This document shows, piece by piece, positions 10,902 to 21,659 of a stretch of 28,991 bases of DNA; the stretch's first letter is position 1; each line of letters starts with the position of its first letter. Source of the DNA: Octopus sinensis (taxonomy: Eukaryota); NCBI RefSeq assembly GCF_006345805.1, contig NW_021833156.1:1-28991 (forward strand). Direction: 5' to 3'. The notes beneath the pieces are model-generated. The model had not been told where the DNA came from and did not search any database. It was given only the letters and a program-made list of their open reading frames with translations. The position numbers were made by a program, and so were the translations under genes.

Positions 10902-11276
10902 TTTAACTTGTTTCACTCGTTAGATTGCCGCCATCCTGGGGCATCGCTTTGACGAATTTTCAGTTGAGTGTATCGATCCTATTACTTACTTTTTAAAGCC
11001 TGGTAATTATTCTCACTGTCTCTTTTGCAGAACCGCTAAGATACGGGGACATAAACACACCAAGACCGGTTGTCAAGCGATGCTGGAACACACACACACA
11101 TATGTATATATAAATATATACGATACATTCTTTCAGTTTGCGTCTACCAACAAATCCACTCGTAAGGCTTTGTTCGGCCCGCGGCTATAGTAGAAAACAC
11201 TTTCCTACGGTGCTACGCCGTGGAACTACACCCGGAACCATATGGTTGGGAAGCAAACTTCTGAACGTCTGCGCCT
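10902..11276 (-). mobile_element. SINE family B, old diverged copy
   Basis: Colinear with 1828-2245 with many substitutions. Confidence 0.8.
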
Positions 11277-11468
11277 GTAAATTCACGGAGAATATTCCAA
11301 TGTTGGAAAGCCTCCTAATGTCTTTAGTTACCCACCTGTTATCAACATACAAAAAAACATTGAGTACGCCAAAATGCCGACAAAAAAAGCTTTCAGAAAT
11401 GCCAAGAGCACGAGAGCGTAAACATCGAACGTTACATAAACTCGGGCTAATCACAGCTTTTCCTACTA

Positions 11469-11768
11469 TCTTTATATATAAAAGTGAGGTTGTGTGAGTG
11501 TCTGTCTCCTACGATTTAGATTCCTAACTACTCCCACATTTTGCGGTGCAGTTTAACCAAAACCGGGTATCTTATAGTCGTGATTCATATCGAGCCCTTC
11601 TGGGTATTAGCGCGCGTCTACGATGAGTCTACGATTAAAAAAAAATTACCATCATTTTTTCCCATTTTTAATGCATTTTTTGCTATCATATAAGGGAAGT
11701 AACGCTCTAAAAATGCTTATATAGTTATTTCCCTTACAAACCTGAGTAACGCCGGGCGATACTGCTAG
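11469..11768 (+). mobile_element. Non-autonomous Helitron, copy 1
   Basis: 5' A|TC-tttatatataaaa; 3' GC-rich subterminal segment cgccgggcg then CTAG; near-identical to the copies at 12296 and 23397. Confidence 0.85.
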
Positions 11769-12295
11769 GTTCTTTATAACAGTTTATATTTCATAATCCA
11801 ATGTTTGGATGCACAGATCTACTCTAGTCACTGCAGTTTCTACACGTTACAAGAATAATTTATTTCTAAGGTTGTTCCCCTCCAAGCATTCAGTTTTCTC
11901 ATTTTTCAAATAATTTTCACTTTCAAAAATAAAAGATACTATACTCCGTTCAAATTAAGTAAATAGGTTTTGACATTTACTCAATTGTTTGCTCTTCTGT
12001 ATTAGGCTTTAATTAGATATTATATGTCATTTATCCAATTAGATAATGATGCTGATGATAATAATAATAATAATAATAATATTTTTAAAAGGATTGACGT
12101 AACTCTTCCCAAACGTAAACAGTCAAGACGAAGAGCGCGATTCGATTGTAAGATATTTTATTAGTCGAACGATATTTCAACAGTATATCTGCCTTTGTCA
12201 AGTTCAAAATAAGAAGTGATAAAAATTCAAAATTACAGAAATTTAAACGTAAAGTATTAACTGGGTGATCAAGACGAAGCCTAGGTACTCCATAT

Positions 12296-12693
12296 TCTGT
12301 ATATATAAAACTAAGGTTGTGTGCTGTCTGTCTCCTACGATTTAGATTCCTAACTACTCCCACATTTTGCGGTGCAGTTTAACCAAAACCGGGTATCTTA
12401 TAGTCGTGATTCATATCGAGCCCTTCTGGGTATTAGCGCGCGTCTACGATGAGTCTACGATTAAAAAAAAAATTACCATCTTTTTTTCCATTTTAATGCA
12501 TTTTTTCGCTATTATATAAGGGAAGTAACTCTCTAAAAATGTCTACGATGAGTCAACGATTAAAAAAAAAATTTACCATCATTTTTTTTCCATTTTTAAT
12601 GCATTTTTTGCTATTTTTTGGCTATAACTCTCTAAAAATGCTTATATAGTTATTTCCCTTACAAACCCGAGCAACGCCGGGCGATACTGCTAG
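12296..12693 (+). mobile_element. Non-autonomous Helitron, copy 2, with an internal duplication of about 100 bp
   Basis: TC start, CTAG|T end; gtctacgatgagtc(t/a)acgattaaaaaaaa unit present twice. Confidence 0.85.
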
Positions 12694-13482
12694 TTCTGTA
12701 TAAAGCGTGTTGAAACACTGAAACTGACTGTTTCAAATACTCAAGCAGAAAGTTTCCAGCTTTGTCTTGTGAGAAAATTAACTTTTGATGTGTTTGACGA
12801 GCTGTAGATTCGGTAGATATTTCCAGAATGGGATTATGGAGGACATGTCTGGCATGGAAGACGAAGCACGGAATGCTTTTGCTGCAGTTGTATCTGACTT
12901 TCTGGGAAGCAGGAAGTCGCAAATTATGAAGATCTTGTGCAGCCCCTGTTAACCAGTTTTCCGGCACAGGGCTGCGACATAAGTGTAAAAGTGCATTTTC
13001 TGCACAATCATCTGAAGTACTTCCCAGAAAATCATAATGCAATAAGTGATGAGCAAGGAGAAAGATTCCACCGAGACATCGACACCATAGAGACGAGGTA
13101 TCAAGGCAGGTGGTACACAAACAAGATGGCTGACTACTGCTGGTCTCTGTAAAGAGACTGCCATGATGCAAGTTATTCGTGCAAAGTAGCAAAGAGGAAG
13201 TCCACTCCTGATGTAGATGAAACTCTAGTATGATGTGCAATTAAATATTTCGTGCAATGTATTTCTCAAATAATAAAACATACTGTTTGTTTTGTGTTGT
13301 TTTTCATTTCAGTTTTGCATCTAATAGTAAAATTGACATCATTTGGTAAAAAATGAATTCCTGTTTAACAAAATTCTTGCCGTGATAAAAGATTTCTGAT
13401 GGCATTTCTGAACTCCAAATTAAGTAGGACTAAGCGTAAAAAGCAAGAGAACTGAAAAAAAATCCGTAAATGTTCCTCAATG
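12694..13482 (+). mobile_element. Chapaev3-like (CMC superfamily) transposase C-terminal remnant with 3' end
   Basis: GCDISVKVHFLHNHLKYFPENHNAISDEQGERFHRDIDTIETRYQGRWYTNKMADYCWSL; upstream broken frames give FKYSSRKFPALS and AFAAVVSDFLG. Family assignment is from my recall of the motif. Confidence 0.7.
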
Positions 13483-13489
13483 TTGATAA

Positions 13490-14096
13490 AATAATCCTTT
13501 CCACTATAGGCACAATGCCTGAAATTTGGTGGAGGGGAATAATCGATTATATCGACCCCAGTTTTCCATTGGTACTTAATTTATCGACCCCCGAAAGTAC
13601 GAAAGGCAAAGTCGACCAAATTTGAACTCAGAACGTCAGGGCGGACGAAATGCCGCTAAGCATTTCGCCCAGCATGCTAACGATTCTTTACTGCCCATAA
13701 GGGGCTACACACAGAGGGGAGAAACAAAGACAGACGAACGGATTAAGTCGATTATATCGACCCCAGTGCTTAACTGGTACTTATTTAATCGACCCCGAAA
13801 GGGTGAAAGGCAAAGTCGACCTCGGCGGAATTTGAACTCAGAACGTAACGGCAGACGAAATACCTGTTTCTTTACTAACCGCAAGGGGCTACACACAGAG
13901 GGGAGAAACAAAGACAGACGAACGGATTAAGTCGATTATATCGACCCCAGTGCGTAACTGGTACTTATTTCATCGACCCCGAAAGGATGAAAGGCAAAGT
14001 CAACCTCGGTTGAATTTGAACTCAGAACGTAACGGCAGACGAAATACCGCTCAGCATTTCGCCCGGCATCCTAACGATTCTGCCAGCTCGCCGCCT
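13490..14096 (-). mobile_element. SINE family A trimer
   Basis: Three copies of ggcaaagtc(g/a)acc...aatttgaactcagaacgt; complete head ending gccagctcgccgcc at 14095. Confidence 0.9.
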
Positions 14097-14419
14097 TGGT
14101 TTTAATAAAATAATAAAAGCAAGTGACCAGCTATATTACATACTGATGAACAATACATTTGTGCTTATTCAGAGAATCAGCTGTAGAAAAAGAACTTGAT
14201 GCGATAACTGATTCTAGTTTTGAAATCAGCCAATTTTAGTCTAAATCAAGTGAAAAAGCAAACTCAACAGGAATTATGTTCAAAATTGTTCCCCTGTGAA
14301 ACGATTCAAAATGAACGCAGTAATGTTCAATAGAACGGAAAATCTATTTGGCAGCAACACTGCATTCCAACCTACACGACAACGGCTATTAGATTTGCGC
14401 ATGCGTGTGCGTATTTTTT

Positions 14420-14798
14420 CTTTTTACCTGTTTCAGTCATTTGACTGCGGCCATGCTGGAGCACCGCCTTTAGTCGAGCAACTCGACCCCGGGACTTATT
14501 CTTTGTAAGCCCAGTACTTATTCTGTCGGTCTCTTTTTGCCGAACCGCTAAGTGACGGGGACGTAAACACACCAGCATCGGTTGTCAAGCAATGCTATGG
14601 GGACAAACACAGACACACAAACACTCTCATACATATACATACATATATACATATATACGACAGGCTTCTTTCAGTTTCCGTCAACCAAATCCACTCACAA
14701 GGCATTGGTCGGCCCGGGGCTATAGCAGAAGACACTTGCCCAAGAGGCCACGCAGTGGGACTGAACCCGGAACCATGTGGTTGGTTAGCAAGCTACTT
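14420..14798 (-). mobile_element. SINE family B, young copy; body and part of head (the rest of the head is at 17064-17101)
   Basis: Near-identical to 1828-2245; interrupted at gttagcaagctactt. Confidence 0.92.
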
Positions 14799-17063
14799 TA
14801 TTTCAAAACATTTGCCATAAAGGCAGTACACAGATTAAGTTAGCTTTGCGGGCTGGACGAGGACATTAATGAAGTGAATGATAATGAAAGACAGATGATA
14901 AGGATGGGAGAAGACAAAAAGCGCCCGCCGACTTTCGCTTCTCTAAAACATTGTTCTTTTTAAAGATAAACACAAAACGAGGTATTAAACCTCTTACAAT
15001 TTTTCCAATTTTTGGACTTAGCAGTCCATTATTAATAAAAATACAAAACGAGGTATTAAACCTCTTACAATTTTTCAATTTTTGGACTTAGCAGTCCAAT
15101 ATTAATACTAACAGTTCAATAATTACATATCGTCCTCGAAATAGCTTGTGCCCGCGCCCTCCACCATCAACCACGCCTCCCTCAGAACGTAATCAAGTTC
15201 CGAGTTCGCGTCGCCCGGGACCAAGCTATAATCTTCATTAAACTCCTTTAGCCCAAGCGTTACGTCGAACGCCACCGCCTCCACAGCTATCTGCGGAGGC
15301 CATTCGGGGTCCTGTGTGAAGACTAAAGGTGCTCCCTTGTGGTGCTCTTCCATCATTTTTTTTTTCAATTTCTCCTCCTCTATAGAAGAGGACCAATACG
15401 TTCAGTTCTTTCGTTGGCGGCACAGTTCCCGCCAACGGTATTCTTTCTCTTGTCGGTGGCACAACCCCAACCGACGTAGTTCCGGGACATTCCGGTGCTA
15501 CACTGACAGCCGGTAATGTCCCGTTTTTCTTCCTCTTTTTCTTTTTTTTCCCCTTTTCAACTGAGGGAGGGTGCGTCTCCTCCGTGGCTGGAAGATTCGC
15601 CTTCCTCTCCTCATCCCTATTATCCTTTGGTGAGCACCCATTGTTGCTCACCTTCCTCTTTCGGCCTCTGTTTGAGGAGTCCTCTGCTTTCTCGGCCGTT
15701 ATCGTTCCCTCTTCAAAAGGGGTTTTACTTAACTGTTCCGGGATCCTATTTTGTTCCCGAGGACAGTTCTTCTTTATGTGGCCGGACTCCAAGCACCGAT
15801 GACACTTAGGGGGGCGACCCTCAAGCATCACCGAGTACCTGCACCCGGCCATTTTCAAAAAATCTGGAAGAACCAGATTGGCTGATTGGGTCCACAGGGT
15901 CAAAATTGCTTTTGACCCAACCCAAGCAGCCGCAGGAAGAACTTTTACATTAAGGAGCTTAGTTTCGCTGCCACCCAGACCCCGGCGGATAGTCTCCTCT
16001 ATCCACTCGGGTTCTATGTCGGGTGGCAGCCCGCAAATCCAAGCTTTCATCAATTTCTTTTTTTTGTACGTGGGCAGGAATAAGATTTCCTTACCCTCCA
16101 GGGGTTTGCTAGCAAATTTGCAAGCCTCTTCAGGGGTGTCAAATAGCAACCACACCGTTGCATATTTGACACCCCTGGAAATGAATTTAATTGTTGGCAA
16201 ATAATCTTCCAACTCCTTTTCAATTGCCGTCTTTTCGAATAGGGCGATGGTGTCGAGTGCCTTGGAGTAGGTTCTCAACACCACCGTCCTATTTTCACGG
16301 TCTTTTAACCACTTTTTGGGTGGTATGATTTCCCACTCCAAAATTTTGTTATTTTTCATTGCCATGTTTATTTTAAATATATTCAAATTAAACTCAAAAA
16401 GCAAGAAGAAAAAAGTTCAAAAGTCCAAATAAAATTTGATAGATTTTTGATATAACAAAAAGGAGAAAGCACAACAGAAGGGAAGAAATTAACGGAAAGT
16501 CGCAATAAAGAAAAAAACAAAAGGGGGGGGGGTTAAATGAAGTTCAAAAGAAAGTTAATAAACAGAAAAAACACAGCAAAAATATTCTGGCCTTGCGGTA
16601 CTCCCGGCCTGGGTTGAACCTGGAACGCCGCAACTGCAACACAACCTCCACAAAAATGGGTCCGAAAGGTAATCCAATAGTGGCTTATTTTTATAATTTT
16701 CTTGCGAAGTACTCTGACAAGGGAATAAATTCAACAAACCCAACACAGCACTGGCTACCGCCAACGGTAATTTTAACAGTAACTGTATTGAATTCCGAGG
16801 ATACGCCCCTCCACTGTTTTTTCTTTTTTTTTCAATGAACACAAAAACGGCAGCCGCCGAGAGCAGGCGAAATTGTCTCAGAGTTGGACACAACTTACTG
16901 AAATAATAATTGGCACGCAATAAATTATGCCCAACTCACAATAAACAAAATCACTTACCTCGACAACTTTCCGTTTTTGGTCTTTTTTCTTTAATTGGAC
17001 GGAGCTGGTTGACTCGCGTCCACTCTGGCTGAACAGGAAGCAACTGACTAAGTGCGCATGCGT
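14799..17063 (-). mobile_element. 2265-bp ORF1-only non-LTR retro-insertion (half-L1/Tx1-like candidate) with a 15-bp TSD
   Basis: Perfect TSD gttagcaagctactt at 14784-14798 and 17064-17078; a single long ORF; no RT or endonuclease between the TSDs. Confidence 0.8.
15123..16365 (-). CDS. ORF1/Gag-like nucleic-acid chaperone (RRM-like region plus CCHC zinc knuckle) with an acidic C-terminal extension; about 413 aa if one extra A in the A10 run (15356-15365) is removed
   Basis: aaacATGG start at 16365; KFISRGVKYATVWLLFDTPEEA and KAWICGLPPDI look RRM-like; CHRCLESGHIKKNC is C-x2-C-x4-H-x4-C; ORFs 15238..16404 and 15123..15368 join across the homopolymer. Confidence 0.75.
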
Positions 17064-17101
17064 GTTAGCAAGCTACTTACCACACAGCCACTCCTGCGCC
17101 T
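17064..17101 (-). mobile_element. 5' end of the interrupted SINE family B head
   Basis: gttagcaagctacttaccacacagccactcctgcgcct continues the SINE broken at 14798. Confidence 0.92.
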
Positions 17102-17126
17102 ATATGTGTGTTTTTTATGCACACTT

Positions 17127-17430
17127 GAACGTACGTGGCTTATTGATTAGGGCATTCAGTTCCCGATATTAAGGTCGTGAGTTCAATTCCTGGCAGCACG
17201 TTTTGTCCTTGAGAAAGACATAATTTTTCGCGTTGCTATAGTTCACTTCTGCATTCCAAAAAGCCAGCCTTGTCACTTGGTGGGTCATACTGAACCTCCC
17301 TGAGAACAACGTAAAGAGTGCGCGTAACTGCGGAGTACTCAACCACTTGCACGTAAACTCCCTGAGTTTCGTTAGTCGTATCAACTGGAACCTTCTTTGG
17401 TGTGCCAGAGTGCCAGAGTGCCAGAGTGCC
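17127..17430 (+). mobile_element. SINE family D (head similar to family C, different body), ending in gagtgcca repeats
   Basis: A box gtggcttattgattag, B box gagttcaattcc, CORE-like gtccttgagaaagac. Confidence 0.7.
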
Positions 17431-17564
17431 AATTATATATACATTCATACACACGAAAAATATTAACTGAAGGCCCACTTACTATGTCTAAGCAGAGTAT
17501 ATGGTTTCTAATACCTTGGGAGTGTCATTATACCAATAATCAACACACACCGGTTCGTTTTTAC

Positions 17565-18125
<561 letters not shown>

Positions 18126-18244
18126 ATCATATGTTTGCTTGTATTAGATGTCAATGACCGATGTTGCTCTTTGTGATTTGTAGAAAAAGACAGAAACTTA
18201 TAAAATATCAATCGAAGCTTATATAATGACTACGTTGAATGTTC

Positions 18245-18650
18245 TAAATTGTTTGTCGTCCTTTGTCAGCATACAGAATAATAATGAAAACCTTTAAATC
18301 GTCTGTTTCAATAACTGCTCTGATATTACATACATAGGTTTTGTATTGGTGCAAGCTATTTTATATGGCTTTCAATATCTTGGCATTTAATTTTGTATGG
18401 AACAACCGATTCTGAAGCTCATCTTCTGTTGTCGTAGAAACATGTTTGCATAAACTTTAGATTGTCGTCAGTTGGAAGTTTTAATCTGATAGTGTGACAA
18501 ACTTATCACTGCACTTTGTATGTGGGGATAAATCCTGCAGCTCTGATTCTTCTGCAACCCAGAGAAACCAAAGCCACCGATTGTTATAGGATCGTATATT
18601 TTTCAGGAACCAGCTAGATGCATTTCAGAAGTTGAGAATTTTTTAGGAGA
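18245..18650 (-). pseudogene. Helitron RepHel N-terminal relic
   Basis: Frameshifted translation FLKNIRSYNN..VALVSLG..KVQ**VCHTI..LPTDDNLKFMQTCFYD..ELQNR..KLNAKILKAI*NSLHQYKTYV..LYADK follows Helitron Rep-upstream motifs (IRxYN, HGQxxH, FxQxxxYD, NPYV). Confidence 0.7.
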
Positions 18651-18679
18651 GGCAGTTATAACTCTAGGTTTTTAGGACA

Positions 18680-18910
18680 TTATTTCTATACATTTAATGA
18701 ATTCATATAACAATGCGCTGGCATTAGTTTCACTGAGTTACAGAAGAATCAGAACCCCAGAATTTAGCCCGATGCTCAACGTACACGGGTAAGTTTGTTA
18801 CAGCATCGTATTACAACTTCCAACCTATATCTACGACAATAGAAAATGAGTTTCAGAATAGGCTGCGCCGTAGAAAATTAAATGCCGAGATATTGAAACC
18901 AATCAACTTT
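18680..18910 (+). pseudogene. Second Helitron RepHel relic, inverted relative to the first
   Basis: From 18703: SYNNALALVSLSYRRIRTPEFSPMLNVHG*VCYSI..YIYD, then ENEFQNRLRRRKLNAEILK in another frame. Confidence 0.7.
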
Positions 18911-19380
18911 ATTGTTCTAAATTGAAGGAGAGGGCTGTGCCAGCACTTTGAACACACCCAGCTAAAAATTGCTTGTCTCAGCTGACTATTTTTCTGAATG
19001 TACTCAGAATGTGAAGACAATTCAGAAGATAGCAGTACAATGAAGTTTTGTAGTAATCTGGGGGGAAATGCGCAGAAACTTATAAAACGCCCCAGATCGC
19101 TTATAAATTATCTTGTATGAGCCGTGCATCTGTTATTCGCAGGCACAAGAGGTTTAATGATAATAGAGAGATGAGAGATGATGAGAGGTGTTGGGTAGGG
19201 AGGGATGGTAAAACATTAGAACTGGTCGACAAAATTCGCAATTTTCTGGAGGAAGACCGTTGTGTCTCCATAAAAGCAATACGCACACAGTTTGGAGTTG
19301 GTGTGGCAATCGTACACATAATTTATTTATGAAGAGCTCAACATACACAAAATTTGTGCAAAGTTTCTAGGAGTGGCTAT

Positions 19381-19774
19381 AGGCGCAGGAGTGGCTGTGT
19401 GGTAAGTAGGTTGCTTACCAACCACATGGTTCCGGGTTCAGTTCCACTGCGTGGCATCTCGGGCAAGTGTCTTCTGCTATAGCCCCGGGCCGACCAAAGC
19501 CTTGTGAGTGGATTTGGTAGACGGAAACTGAAAGAAGCCTGACGTATATATGTATATATATATATAAGTGTGTGTGTTTGTGTGTCTGTGTTTGTCCCCC
19601 TAGCATTGCTTGACAACCGATGCTGGTGTGTTTACGTCCCCGTCACTTAGCGGTTCGGCAAAAGAGACCGATAGAATAAGTACTGGGCTTACAAAGAATA
19701 AGTCCCGGTGTCGATTTGCTCGACTAAAGGCGGTGCTCCAGCATGGCCGCAGTCAAATGACTGAAACAAGTAAA
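19381..19774 (+). mobile_element. SINE family B, young copy nested in the mariner
   Basis: Reverse complement of the 1828-2245 type; intact head aggcgcaggagtggctgtgtggt. Confidence 0.92.
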
Positions 19775-19928
19775 CAATGACAAACGGAAGGGAAGTTACG
19801 TTTCAGACAGCAGAAGAATGGTTGAGCTCATTACCTCTAATCCAAGAGTATTCCAACAATTGGTGAACAGAAACGAAAGCTGAATCTAATGTTATGATCC
19901 ACTGACCAAGAGACATAGTGCCAAATCG

Positions 19929-20261
19929 GAGACCCCCTTCGGTCACGAATGACTATAGGATTGCACCTAGAAAGTTCCCCTCCGAGGCACAAGTGCGGAC
20001 AAGTTTGTTTATGGAAGACCAGCAGTCACCCATGCATACCAGCCTCCCCTCTCCACGCCACCAGTGTTATTCAAGGTAATGGCAAAGGCCGATACAGCTT
20101 GGCACCTGTGACGTCGCAACTCATTTCTACAGCTGAGAGATCTGGAGCGACGTGAAATAAAGTGTCTTGCTCAAGAACACAACACGCAGCTCGGTCCAGG
20201 ATTCGAACTCACAACCTCACGGTCGTAAGTTCGACGCCCTAACCACTGAGCCATGCGCCAT
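19929..20261 (-). mobile_element. SINE family C nested in the mariner, with a 12-bp TSD
   Basis: atagtgccaaat (19915-19926) and atagcgccaaat (20264-20275); intact B box ggattcgaactc. Confidence 0.9.
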
Positions 20262-21095
20262 CAATAGCGCCAAATAGAGGTAACCTAATTCCCCCAGTGC
20301 CAAAAAGGCCAGGTAAAGAAAGTCCACCGGAAAGTTCATGATGGTCCCCTTTTTCAATAGCTGGGTCATGATTGAAAGCCATCGGGTTCCCTTTGGCCAG
20401 GTGGTCAATAAGGAGTACTTTGAGAAGGTTTGAGGGAAATTGGGAAGAGATTTCGTTGCAAAAGACCTAGGTTCTTCTACTTGGGTCGGTGGCACCTACA
20501 CCAGGACAAAACGCCAGTCCACATTTCCATTCTGGTAAACTCCTCCTAGATAGAGATTGGCATCAAAACGATTCCTCACTTTCCCTACTATCCAAACTTT
20601 GTCCCCTTTGATTTTTAGTTGTCCCCCCAATCTGAAGTAGAACCTCAGAAGTAGTTGTTTTGAAGACATTTAGAAGATTGAGTCTGTAACAAGAGTCTTG
20701 GACTCCTTCACATCGGCGGACTCCCATAGGGCCTTCACGAGTTCATTGAAGTCAGAGGACCCTACTTTTGAGGAGATTAGAGTTTTGTACATCTTTGAAA
20801 TTAATAATAGTCTTTCCCGAAAATATCTCAAAATTTCTGGAATACATCTGCTATTTTCTCTATGAGCAACATCAAAGAACCTAAGAATATTTGCTGGAAG
20901 AAGGTAGAGTTTGTCAGGTTTTAGATCTAACTCAATGAGATTTCGATTCATCAGCCTATCTGCATGTTTTGCCGTGTTATCTCTTAGCAAACATTGAAGA
21001 AAATAAAACAAAACGGGGAAGATTATTTACACGATATTCAGTTACAGCATCTTACGCATATTTCGTTTATAAAACATGATGAGCGTTAGTTACAT

Positions 21096-21259
21096 AGGCA
21101 CAGGAATGGCTGTGTAGTAAGTAGCTTGCTTACCAACTACATGGTTCCGAGTTCAGTTCCACTGCGTGGCACCTTGGCCTAGTGTCTTCTACTATAGCTT
21201 CGTTCCGACCAAAGCCTTGTGAGTGGATTTGGTAGACGGAAACTAAAAGAAGCCCGTCG

Positions 21260-21319
<60 letters not shown>

Positions 21320-21531
21320 TATGTCTGTGTTTGTCCCCCCCCCCAACTTCGCTTGCCAACCGATGCTGGTGTTTTTACGTCTCCGTAACCTAGCGGTTCG
21401 GCAAAAGAGACCGATAGAATAAGTACTAGTCTTACAAATAATAATTCCTGGGGTCAGTTTGCTCGACTAAAGGCGGTGCTCCAGCATGGCCGCAGTCAAA
21501 TGACTGAAACAAGTGGACGAGTAAAAGAGTA
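21096..21531 (+). mobile_element. SINE family B, full length
   Basis: Head aggcacaggaatggctgtgt; tail gagtaaaagagta. Confidence 0.9.
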
Positions 21532-21659
21532 CATAACGCAACTAACGGATCGTTTAATCTCAATAAAACGTAAAGACGTTGTAACTAAACATGTGTATCT
21601 TCATTTCGGTTTTCGACCTACCTCACCTAGAATCATGAATGTTAAGTAATGCGAATATA

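Larger units (their letters stand above)
18915..20853 (+). mobile_element. Old mariner element (different subfamily from 463-1571) interrupted by two SINEs
   Basis: Colinear decayed transposase: MKFC..MSRASVIRRHKRF..ICAKF (19040-19370), SDSRRMVELI..NES*I*CYDP (19776-19926), PKKAR..WHLHQD..IPHFPYYPNFVPFDF (20290-20620); TIR-like end near 20850. Confidence 0.85.

Noticed and set aside
12659-13240. 193-aa minus-strand ORF
   Set aside because: It is antisense to the Chapaev3-like transposase remnant.
14972-15107. Hammerhead interpretation of the 3' UTR hairpin pair
   Set aside because: No CTGANGA or GAAAC core on either strand.
16586-16640. GC-rich hairpin in the ORF1-only leader (ttgcgg/ccgcaa, GGTTCAACC) considered as an HDV-like ribozyme or tRNA relic
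   Set aside because: No P3/L3 or catalytic C in the right place, and no cloverleaf.
20670-21011. 113-aa minus-strand ORF
   Set aside because: It largely overlaps the antisense of the mariner 3' end, with no recognisable motif.
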